This document shows, in pieces, positions 1 to 9,900 of a stretch of 64,000 bases of DNA (its first letter is position 1; the number at the start of each line of letters is the position of its first letter). The DNA comes from Raillietiella orientalis. Lineage: Eukaryota. The notes below the pieces were generated by a model. That model saw only the letters and a list, made by a program, of their open reading frames with translations. It made no database searches and had not been told where the DNA came from. The translations under genes were made by a program, and so were the position numbers. The stretch covers positions 1 to 64,000 of the forward strand of contig JAYWIR010000037.1 in the NCBI GenBank assembly GCA_036172245.1, written 5' to 3'.

Positions 1-448
1 CAGTCATGTGGACCACCACGGAGCGGTCCATTGATACTGGCAGGATCTTGCGGCCGTCTACGTTCAGCGGCGCATGGATTAGGCGGTGAGCCAAGGTGAC
101 ATCTTTGCAGACCACTTCGACCCGCTGCCCGCCGCTGAGGACGGAGAGGCCGTCCAGATCCTTCTCGGTAACATTCGCGTCCTTCAACGCTTTGCTGAAG
201 GCGCGCGCTGTCCGGCCGTCGAACAAGTTGCCTACCTGGTAGACAAGCGATGGCTTGTACCCGGAGGCCTTGTATGCGGCCATCTCCGCCATGGCTTCTG
301 CGCTGGGCGCGGCCACCATGGCGCTCCATGTCCTCGGCGTGGCCGGGGATGATTCCGGGGCGACTGCCCTTGCTCCAGTAGGCTGTGGGGGCGAACTAGC
401 CTCCCCCACTCCCACCTCCATCGCGGTGTCCTCTGGCGTCGTGGCCAT
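1..448 (-). mobile_element. Second gag-like ORF1 unit (ORF1b) of L1/Tx1-like element A; runs off the left edge of the window
   Basis: Manual translation from ATG 448 is open to position 1: MATTPEDTAMEV...PRTWSAMVAAPSAEAMAEMAAYKASGYKPSLVYQVGNLFDGRTARAFSKALKD...RVEVVCKD...RKILPVSMDRSVVVHM. It aligns colinearly with the upstream ORF1a. Not listed in the ORF track because no stop falls inside the window. Confidence 0.8.
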
Positions 449-499
449 TGGACACCGACGATGTACACAAAACACCACACACAAGAAAGCGCTTTCCTA

Positions 500-1880
500 C
501 TACTCTTTGAGGAGTGAAGGAAAAACACGTCCTCCAACTGGCCTTAAAGGGGGCTGGCTGCAACGATGCTGCCAGCTCCTTCGCCGCACGCTCGAAGGCG
601 GCGTCATCAATCACGGTCTCGATGGCGGTTGCTTCCCCCGGTTCGCTCCCCACGCTGTTGACATTTTCAACATTGGGTTGCTCGTCGTTAGCAGCGTTTT
701 CTACCTTGCGTCGTTCGGCGGGAACGCGTTCCACGACGAAGCTGCATTCTTTTAAATTCTCGCTGACCTGCTGGTTTTTATTTTGGTAGGCAAGCTTTTT
801 TTCAATTCGTCGTTCTTTCTTCGACTTTTTCTTTTTCGCTGTTGCTTCTTGCCATTCCTGCACCTGACCGCTTTTGTCGATCTTTTCGGCATTCGTTGCC
901 GGGGTGTCAGCCGCGGCCTGGACCACGGGCGTGGGTGGCACAGCTTGAGCTGCAGCCTTCGCCGCCAGCCTTTTCTGTAGCAGAAGCGCGCGTTTTCAGG
1001 TTCCTCGCGGAAACCACGCGCACAGCGGATTGTGGGCACACTTCGCTTGTATGGCCCATTGTCCCGCATACCTGGCACTGTACGTTGGGGCATCTCCTTT
1101 TGAGGTGTCCCGACGTGTTGCAGAAGCCACAGTATTTGGGCTTCCCCACGTACCAGAGGTCGACGCTTTCTCCGCCTACCACCAGTTTGTGGGGAAGGGT
1201 AGAGCCCTCCCGAACTGTTACACGGGCAGCCGTGAGGCCGCACTGAACTGTGGTATAGTCCTCGAGAGGACTAGGCTTGTTCCATACAGCATGGACCGTG
1301 CCTTCTTTTCCCAACGCGGCGCCTATTTGTTCTTTCCGCATCCGCGCGGTAACTCCTAAAAGGTGGACCACTATACTGTGTTCCGCCGTAATGGGAAGGA
1401 GCCTGCGTGTCCCCATCACCACTGGGGTTTTGAGCAGACTTTGGTCCAGATCTGCGTGTTTGCAGATCACCTCTACGTACTCCCCCCGCTACGAATGGTC
1501 ATAGCGCAGAGCTCCTCCTCTTTAACATCGAGAGCGCGCATCCCCTTCGTAAAGGCGCGCGCACTCTCAGAAGAATATAAATTTCCTACCTTGTAGAATA
1601 GCGATGGGTTATACCCCTCTTCTACATAGGCGGATCATTCCGCCGCGGCTGCAGGCGATGGCGCCGACACGACGGCGCTCCACGCCCGCGCTGCAGCGGG
1701 GATCGGTTGTGTTGGTGCGGACGCCGTCACCTCCTTCGCCACTGAAGGCGAAGTTGCCGCCGTCCCCTGGCACTCCAACTTTTCTAGAGGCGACGTTGCC
1801 TCCGCCACCTGGCACTCCATTTTTTCAGGAGGCGACGTTGCCACCGCCCCCTGACACGCACTGGTGGTCGTGTCAGGCAT
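500..1880 (-). mobile_element. First gag-like ORF1 unit (ORF1a) of L1/Tx1-like element A, pseudogenised
   Basis: ATG at 1880, in-frame TGA near 1635, frameshifts near 1483 and near 940. Two CX2CX4HX4C zinc knuckles (CGFCNTSGHLKRRC, CQVCGTMGHTSEVC) preceded by LWYVGKP, as in L1/Tx1 ORF1 and ZCCHC3-like proteins, then a Lys-rich low-complexity tail. The 3' end is approximate. Confidence 0.8.
1745..1860 (-). repeat. Imperfect 42-bp tandem repeat (~3 copies) in the ORF1a N-terminus
   Basis: GGCGA(A/C)GTTGCCNCCG..CCTG(G/A)CAC recurs at about 42-nt spacing and encodes CQG(A/T)(V/A)ATSP-like units. Confidence 0.8.
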
Positions 1881-1988
1881 TGCTGCCTGATCGACCACCA
1901 CCACACACGAAGCCTACATCTAGAGACGGTTCCCGGCACGAGGAGCACCGAGGAAACCCGTCCTCTCTAACCGGCGTAAAGCTTTCGA

Positions 1989-3426
1989 TTTTCACCCGGA
2001 TTTCTCCGAGTCGTTTATTAAAAAAATAAACTTTGTAAACAAATTATTAATGGCTGTGGCAATGCTCCAGCCAGAAGCTAAGAACCACGGCGCCTGCCAA
2101 TTCACCGGTTTCTAGACCGGTACGGTCCACCAAGGCAGCAGGGAAAAGGGGAAAAACAAAAAAACTAAACAAAAAAAAAACAAAGGGTGGGAGGGAACGG
2201 GAAGGGATCACTGTTGGGGGCCGCATCATCCCTCTGAGGATGCTGACAAGCTCTTGTTTGTTGTGAACATCCAGGTGGGGCCATCGCGACGCCCTCCTCA
2301 GGAATTCGGAGGCGCACTGGATGGCTTCCTGATCGCTAGGTCCTCCCGTCGCCGTGCTCCAGGCGGCGACGATCCCACGAAGGCAGCACAAGGCTGTTAT
2401 CGAGGACGCTGGCCGCAGGGCGTCGGCAACGAAGAAGGCTTTTAGTGCGTCCCTGGGGTTGCTGCAAGGGATACCGATGGCCGCGGCAAAGCGGAACCAA
2501 AGGGGCCGAAGGGCAACACAATCCACTAGGAGGTGGGGGAGGGACTCCCTTTCCCGCACCTTACACAATTGGGATCCACCGCTCCCCAGGTCCAGTGGTG
2601 TCGACGGGCGTTGCAGAAGAGTCCCCAGTGCTGCAACAGGAATGCCGACTCTTGCCATTTTAGGGGGAGGATGGAAGTGTTCATAAGAATCGGGGGCCAC
2701 TTCAGATGTTCAATCGGAACATCCAGCAGCGCTCCCCAGCGCAGAAGTCCATTAGGAGGCGTACTCGGGGTCGCAGCATCAGTTAGCTGGCCCGTCTTCC
2801 ACTCTCTCTGCTTCTTCTCCTTCCCGGAGATTTTTATTGTAACCTCCCACTTCGCCGCAGCATCGCTGTCCTGATGTTCCACTAGGGAGTCCAGCGCAGC
2901 AGCGAGGGGGGTTCTTCCTGACCACGCTCTCTTCTTAGGATCCTCCAGGATCTCACGGAGCGTGCAACTTCTGTAACACCCAAACAGGAACCTTCGTTCC
3001 TGATGGGAGGGTTGCATGCCGAACTGTCCCCACGTACGAACGGTTTCCTGCAACCAGGCACTACCGTTCGCGGGGAGACAGGTGATCCATCCTTGATTTT
3101 TCCTTGCCAGCGCAGCCACCCTCCGTAGCTGAAGCCCACATCGGTTGATGTGGCTTCGATGGAGTGCAAGAAACGACGTCAGTCCCGTCTTGCCGGCGGC
3201 TTGCTGAAGGAGGAGACGTGCAGGGACGCACCAACAGGTGCACCACAACTCCGGCACAAGTGCCAAAATCCGGAACTGGAGCTGCAGCTCCAGCCGCTCC
3301 AATGTCAGAAGGCCGAGACCACCGTCCCGACGCGGAGCGCACAAGTCCTTCAAGCGGACTCGGGCCCTCCCGTTGCCCCAAAGGGCGATCCTCAGGAGGT
3401 CCTTCGTCCTCTTCTTTGACTCGGGC
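1989..3426 (-). mobile_element. 5'-truncated L1/Tx1-like copy C (post-RT C-terminus and 3' UTR), inserted antisense into the RT of element B
   Basis: Encodes KDLCAPRRDGGLGL...WGLFCNARRHH...NCVRCG..ESLPHLLVDC (frameshifted C-terminal zinc finger), homologous to B. Flanked by the direct repeat CGTAAAGCTTTCGA at 1975-1988 and 3427-3440. Confidence 0.88.
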
Positions 3427-5537
3427 CGTAAAGCTTTCGATTGCGTCGATTAGGAACTCCTTCTGGAGCTTCTGGAACGCATGGGTTTCCCGGCCGTGCT
3501 CCAGTCCTACCTGCGCTCCTGCTGGCGCAACGCCTCAATAAATATTGGTTTCATCGGCCGGCACGTGTATGGCGTGCCAGTGCGCCGCGGCATCCGGCAA
3601 GGTGACAGCCTGAGCCCCTTGCTCTTCAGCATCTACTTCAATTTGGTGCTGAGGGCATACAGGGTAACTCTGGCAACCCTACCGAGCTCGTGTGCCGGCA
3701 CGCCTGCCGTGTCGGCCTATGCAGACGATCTTCTGCTGCTGCTTCCCGGGTCCACCCCGGCAAGTGCGCTCGAGGACTTCTTCGAGTTGCTGCACCGCGG
3801 GACGGGCCTAGAGGTGAACAGGGCGAAGTCGTCCATGATCTTTGTCGGTTCGGCGTGGGCTGGACGGTCGGACTGGATCCGCTTGGGGATCCTCACGGGC
3901 AGGTGCTTTAAGTACCTTGACGTCCCGTCGGGGGACTTCTGCGAAGCAGAAGCCTGGTCCGACCGTCTCCAAAAGGCAGCGTTGGCGATCGGTCCGTTCC
4001 AAGAAGGCAAGTTCTACTTGCAGGAACAGGCCGCGGTGTGGAACGCGTTTGCGGCCCCCTTCCTTCGACCCCTACTTTTTGTGTGCCCCGCCCCTTATTT
4101 TGTTCGAAAGCGAGCAGCGGGCCTCCTGAGGACAGTCCTTTGGGGCAAAGGGAGGTCCCGTGTGAGGCTCAAAGACTTGTGCGCTCCACGTAAGGACGGT
4201 GGACTTGGCGTTCTTTCGCTGGAGCGCATGGAAGTGCAACTCCAGTTTAGGACTCTCGCCCTCGCGGCAAAACTGTCGGACACTCACTGGTGCATCCCAG
4301 CACGCCTCATGGCCCAACGAGCCTGCGGATCCGGCGGACTTTTGTCGTTTCTGTTGGTGCCCCAACGCAGGAAAGCACACTGTGGCTTTCACCTGCGACG
4401 CTTGGCCGTTGCGGTCCGGGAGAACGCCTGGATCTCCTGCCTCCCAGGGAACTACTCTGCATGGTTGCATGAGTCAGTCTCCACCTGGGAAAAGATCCAC
4501 GTTCCGGCGGGCACAAGGAACATTTGCCTGAAAAGGCACGCCCGCTGGACGCTGCAGGAGATCGTGCAGTCCCACGACAAGCTTCTGTGGGCCTCGATAA
4601 CCCCCCTCGCCCCAGTGCTGCCCTTCCTTGTGAATGCCAGGGACAGTAGCGAGCAGGGAAAATGGGCCGTGTCCTGCACCATTGGCGGCAGGACACAATC
4701 GATCAAGGCGTGGGCATCTCGGCAGCTTGCGGACGCTGCGACGCCGAGTGTTCCGCCCAATGGAATCCGACGCTGGGGAGAGCTACTCGGACTATCTCCG
4801 GAGGAGATGCAGTGTCCCCCAGCGTCCTGAATTAGTGCATCCCTCCCCCTGAAATAACAGGATGTGGCGTTGCTTGTGGTACTCTGGGGACTACATTTCA
4901 AAGCACGCCTGCATCACACAACCCGGGGGGCTGTGGATTTTAATTGCGACCGGTGCGGGGAAAAGGAAACATTCCTATACCTTCTTCTTGAGTGCAGTGC
5001 CATCCGCCCTTTATGGGATCGCCTTGCGGCGATCCTGGACTTTCGCGGATGCGGCCCAAAAAACATTTTCAGGCGCCTCTTCTGTCGTGACGCCTTGTCC
5101 CCGCCCGCTTGTGTAGCAGTCCTCTGCTGCTTTCGAGGAATCGTGGCGGCTTGGAACGCCACCAGAAGGCGCCAGCCAACCGGCAATGCCTTACACTGGA
5201 CTCGCCTTTTCGCGCGCAGTGTTTGCAAGTGGCGCCACTTAGGCGCAGACCGGACTCAGCTTGTCCGGATCCTGAATAGGATCTAGAGGACCTCTCCACG
5301 TGCACCGTGATCCCTTCCCTGCCCTCCCACCCCTGAAACATTTGTTCCCTCCCACATTTAAACTTTTTGTTTGTTTTTGTTTTTCTTTCCCAACCCCCAC
5401 GCATCGGAAGGACCTCGCCGGCATAGCGCCGGCAACCTGCGAGCTGTTTTGGTGTGGTGGACCTTCGGGTTCGCCACGCGACAACTCTTTGTGCTTTTGT
5501 TTGTCACAATAAATGCCCCGGCATATCCGGGTGACAA
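3427..5537 (+). mobile_element. L1/Tx1-like element B: reverse transcriptase ORF2 (C-terminal two thirds) and 3' UTR, with in-frame stops
   Basis: RT motifs KAFDCVD, GIRQGDSLSPLLF, AYADD, GLEVNRAKS, FKYL, then PRKDGGLG and the C-terminal finger CDRCGEKETFLYLLLEC. Stops near 3451, 4828 and 4856; ORF ends 5286; AATAAA at 5508-5513. A short upstream remnant continues left of the C insertion at about 1975-1988. Confidence 0.92.
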
Positions 5538-6780
5538 TCGCCACGGCGCGCGTCACCATGGACGACCAAAGGCTGATGTTTTCGCAAATCCTCCTCTGTG
5601 ACGTCGTCGTGTATCTATGGTTTGCCGGGCAAACCCCGGCTTGTGGCAACTGCGGGAAGGAGGGCCACCGTCCGCGGAAGTGCCCAACACGCAGTTGCCG
5701 ATACTGCTAACTGCTCGGCCACTCGATTAACGAGTGCGCCGAGCTGAAACGCAAGAGGCGGGCGAGAGACCTCCCCGCAACATCGCCGTCCGCGCCGACT
5801 CCATCCGCCCCGTTGTCGGGGGAGAAATCCTGCGCGGACGAGGATCCGCAGCGGAAAAGTAAAAAGTTTGCTTGCGCGAGCGTTTCTGGGAGCAATGCTC
5901 CCCAGCCCGCCGACAACATCGGGCAGGCTGCAAAACCGCTACTTCCGTCCGCTCCCGCTCCTCAGCGGAATAGCGGTGGCACGCCCGGGAAGTCCACCGG
6001 AGCAACGGAAAAGGGGTCGCGCGCCCCTTTGCCCGCGACCGGCAAGCCGGCCACGGCGAGCCGATCAGCAGCAAAGGCTGAAAAGCCTCTCGCGACCTCA
6101 AAGAATCTCGCCACTCTGCCCGCACCTTCCGGTGAGGAGGTGCAAAAGGCAGCAATGACGACGGACGCACTGGCCGCCATCGCCGCATCGGAGGCCTTGG
6201 AAAGGATGCGGAGGACCCTGGAAGCCCTCGCGCCCAACCGAGGCAAACCCGAGGGCGGCGAGGTTGGCTGGACTTTCGTTGGGGGAAAGAAGAAGGAGAA
6301 CAATCCGAGCGATCCTTCCCACTTCCCCATTATAAAGGTTGGCGGGGTTAAGAGGCAGCCCCGCGCGCCAAAGAAGGCGCATGAGAAAGCCTCCGCTGCC
6401 GTCGCGCGCGCCGTTGCTACCACGCGTGGCGAGAGGGGAGCTGCCGACGCCTTGATCCCGAAAGGTGGATCGGCGCCAGAGGCACCCTCTAACAATGCTG
6501 GACCAGCTCCTAGCTGCCAGCAGAAAAAGCGGCAGGCGAAACGCCCGCCGCGCGCACGGAATTCGGAGTCCGAGGTGGAGTCCGAGGGCAGCACAAAGGC
6601 TCGCCAAGCTCCAGCTAAACCCAGGGCTGCGCGCAAGCCAAAACTTGCCAGACAAGATCCTGATGCCGGGAACGGTTCTTGATGCTCCTCGGAGCCCGAG
6701 GCAAGGTCCTCGACTCCACCGAGCCAGCCGCGAGCGGCGCAGCGGAGATAGGGAGCGCTTGCGCTCCCCCATCCTACCGC
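5538..6780 (+). mobile_element. Gag-like ORF1 remnant of related element D, cut at its 5' side by element B
   Basis: IATARVTM...VYLWFAGQTPACGNCGKEGHRPRKCPTRSCRYC*LLGHSINEC has two knuckles and aligns with ORF1a (AARVTV...DLWYVGKPKYCGFC). A long Ala/Lys/Pro-rich tail follows to 6682. Confidence 0.8.
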
Positions 6781-7260
6781 TTTGTCTGGTGACGTAAGCA
6801 GTTTGAAGCAGCTGTCCATGATGAAGAGATCAAATTTTCCAGCTAGCTGTATCATTTCTAGGCAGCCTTTGGTCTTGTCCCCTTGCAAATATTTGTTCGC
6901 TGACCAGGATGGTAGGTGTAAGGTCTTTTTTATTTTCTTTCTGATTTCTTCTTCAACATGCTGCATTCCTCTTTTCGGTGAGGAGAATCATACCATACTT
7001 TTTAGTCGATGGGAGCAGGCTGCAGTTGTTCCTTTTTCGTGTTTTCTTTCATCCGATTATTAATCAGAGGGCCTATGAATGCTTCCAAGTTGCCAAGCAG
7101 CCCTATTTCATCTCTTTCTTCCAGGGGGGGCAACTCGGGTATCGGTACCACCTAGGTCTCATCATTTTGTTTTTTTGCTTCCTGAGCATTTCTTTTCTGC
7201 ATTTCTTCTCCATGTATATCAGTGGCAGGAGCTTCCATCTGCACCATGCTTCCTCCGCTG
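6780..7260 (-). mobile_element. Decayed RT C-terminal fragment resembling NeSL/Utopia (R2-group) non-LTR elements
   Basis: VEEEIRKKIKKTLHLPSWSANKYLQG..KGCL...DSCFKLLTSPDKAV resembles the post-RT region of NeSL/Utopia proteins, and a broken (Y)LGVPI motif lies near 7140-7160. Recognised from memory, not searched. Confidence 0.55.
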
Positions 7261-8759
7261 GCAGGTTGCAGCCTCTCAGCTCGCTCATGCCAGATCTGAT
7301 GGCTTAGCGGGCCCTTTCTCGTCGAAATGGCCATGCCGCACTCCGGTCTGGCACAGACAAGCTTCGTGGACACTCGTACCGTTACCACGAAGAACGGTAC
7401 GAGTACGAATCCCATACATCAGCATGCTGTATGGGAACTTTGATCCAAATGTAATCTGCAACGTCCTTTGACACGGGAACGTGAGTGAAGCAGCAGCAAG
7501 CTACACGCTGGCTTCATTCCTTGCATGCTTCTCTCATCTCAAGCGCTCGGTGAGAACCTTGGATGTGTGTTCCAGGAGAACACACGCCCAGATTCTCTCC
7601 TGCAAACCGATTGCTAGCTTTTCGCTCAGGTGCAGCAGTCACGCCTTCCGGAAGAAAAGCCATATCGAAATGAAACGAGCCATCGATCGGTGATTTTTGC
7701 CGCACAAGTTGATTGCCATTCTGCTTTTTCCATTTTTCTTCTTCCACTCTCTGCTGTATCCTCTCTCCGATCGTTCCCTCATCCTTCCTCCGGAAACTAT
7801 TCCGAGTACTGTGCAGGCTGCTGTGCATATTTCAGGTGCTCTTGCATTCCATCTCCAAAGTGCAGAAGCATGAGAATGGGCTGCATGATGAATACGAGGA
7901 AGCGGGAAACCATTGCACCGTTCGCGTTTTGCAATCATTTCCCGCTCACTCCCGGTAGAGTACCTGAACAATTTCGTTCCCCATTTTTCGCATGTACTGT
8001 ACTTACTCTCTGCGTCTAAAAATTCCCATGCAACAAGCCGGCAGCTTAGCAGCTTTCTACATGTTCCGCTCTTGATCGCGTTCCACAAAGCAACAAGCAG
8101 CACAGACACTGCAAGTCTGCTGTGTTTTCGGATTCCGGATTTTGTATTGCAGAAGTGCTGGTTACAACAGTTGTCGTAACTCCGGAAGAAGTCTCCACAT
8201 GAGGAAAAAATGACAACATTGGATAACGAACCCTCTCCTCTCTCCGTCTGGAACATTCCAGAGCAGCCGCGGCTCTTCCTCTGCAGACGCTCACTCCTCG
8301 TATAGCGGAGAGCCCTTTTCTTGCTGTCGTCGTGAAAATTCCTTCTGAGAACCACTGTCTCGTTTCCACGGGTTCTCCTTCGCTTGTTACCGCAATCGGT
8401 TAGGAGGAACGTTCTCAGCAGTCGCAAACCCATCTCTTGCAAACTCAGCATACTTGTATGAGGCGGAAGCTGCAACAAAACCTCGCCGTAGCATACCAAT
8501 CACCAGAGATTCCCACGGAAGACGTCCGTCGCGTGTGATCATTGGGCACCTTCCTCATCATTCCATCGTTTTCGCATTCATCGCGTCTAAAGGAATTTCG
8601 GTAGAATCCCCGTTCGGAGCTTCGGTTTTCTTTCTCTTCAAATTGCTTCCCTTTCCATTCCGCTGCTTGGAAACGGCAAGCATGACAACAGGATGCGCGA
8701 ATCCTGTTACCTTGCATTCGTCCCGTTGCGCTCGATGCACCCCGCGGGCCTGCAGTTCC

Positions 8760-9900
8760 CATGGCTCAAAGGATGCATTTTTCACGTTGGGCTTCCTACC
8801 TACTTGAGGTGTCCAGTGAAAAGAACCGTGCCGTGCACCGTTCGGGGCGCCTGCACGCGAGTTCCTTCGGACTTCCCTGATAGCTTTTGCACACCTTCCA
8901 GCTCCACCCTTGTGCATTCGCCCGGAAAGCTTTGCAGCGGACGCACCTCCAATATCAGCAGCATCAAGCGTGTCAGCATCTACTCCTTTATATGTAAGAT
9001 TTCTGACGTATTAGATTTCGTTCGGGCGGGTTGGTGGCTTTGCCTTTTTTAACTTTCTTTGAACGTCTTTCTGGGTCATCTCCGTTTCCACGGTCGTTTT
9101 CCTTTTGTTTGTTAATTTTCTTGAAAAAACAAAAAGGTTGCGTCTTTCTTTACTGCATACGTTCATTGCTGTCACGCATGGGTTGGTCTTCCTTCTGATG
9201 TTGCTGCTGGTAATTACGCTGTCGACTGTTTGGTTTGGTTTGGCACGGTTGAATTTCCAGCAGGCTCTCTCTCTTCGCGTAGCTTTTCTTCCTTTGATCA
9301 ATGGTTGTTGGTGTCTCGCTGTCAACTTTTTTCATTTCTCCCGTTTCAGTCTTCATCGTGTACTCTCCAAGGTTTTCATATTGTCGCTTCGCGATTTTTC
9401 TTTTGAACCATTTCGCATGGGGTTTTCTGGGCCATTTTTTTTTTCGGCATCATCCATCGTGTTGACCTCTAGTTCCTTTCCAGGATCATCTTCTAGCGTC
9501 TCTACTTTTGATTTACAAGCTTGAAGCTACTTACCTAGTGTGGCTCGAACTGCTCTTCTTTTGTTTGTGTTTTGGAGCTTCTGGATGGTGGATCTGTCTT
9601 TCCGATCGATCCTTGACTTCCTTCCGCTCTTTTTGTCTGTTGGAATTTTTAGTATTACTTAAATGTTGCTTTTGGACAGCTGATATGTCGTGAGAAAAAA
9701 GCCTCCTTCTCAGTAAGGCTTTTTTCTTATCCAGGATCTTCTGGAGATGGATTCTTTCTTCGTTAAATTTCAGGGAATTATTCGGTTTTGGTGGCCACTT
9801 TCCTTCTCTACCTCTTTTTTCCCATATGTCTGGTATGGATTCTGTTTTTCTCGTCTTCTCCGGTGGCTTTTCATTCTCTTCAATCTTTCCGATTGTCATT
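8760..9900 (-). mobile_element. Heavily decayed non-LTR ORF2 N-terminus (AP endonuclease to start of RT)
   Basis: Motif ghosts in the expected order: DISAVQKQHL (like DIxxLQETHL), WKFN, and AIREVRRNSRAGAPNG (like AIxxLxxxKAPGPDG). Many stops and frameshifts. Confidence 0.35.

Noticed and set aside
1989..2000. CCGGGTGAAAATC as the genomic target site of the family
   Set aside because: The TSDs of C and F show that CCGGGTGAAAA is inside the element, and the flanks differ after the shared TC.
3400..3453. VLFFDSGRKAFD as an intact RT motif
   Set aside because: VLFFDSG comes from the reverse strand of inserted copy C; only RKAFD (the TSD onward) belongs to element B.
5962..6966. 334-aa minus-strand ORF as one protein
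   Set aside because: Chimeric: the first ~64 aa are an RT tail fragment and the rest is the antisense of element D's GC-rich gag tail.
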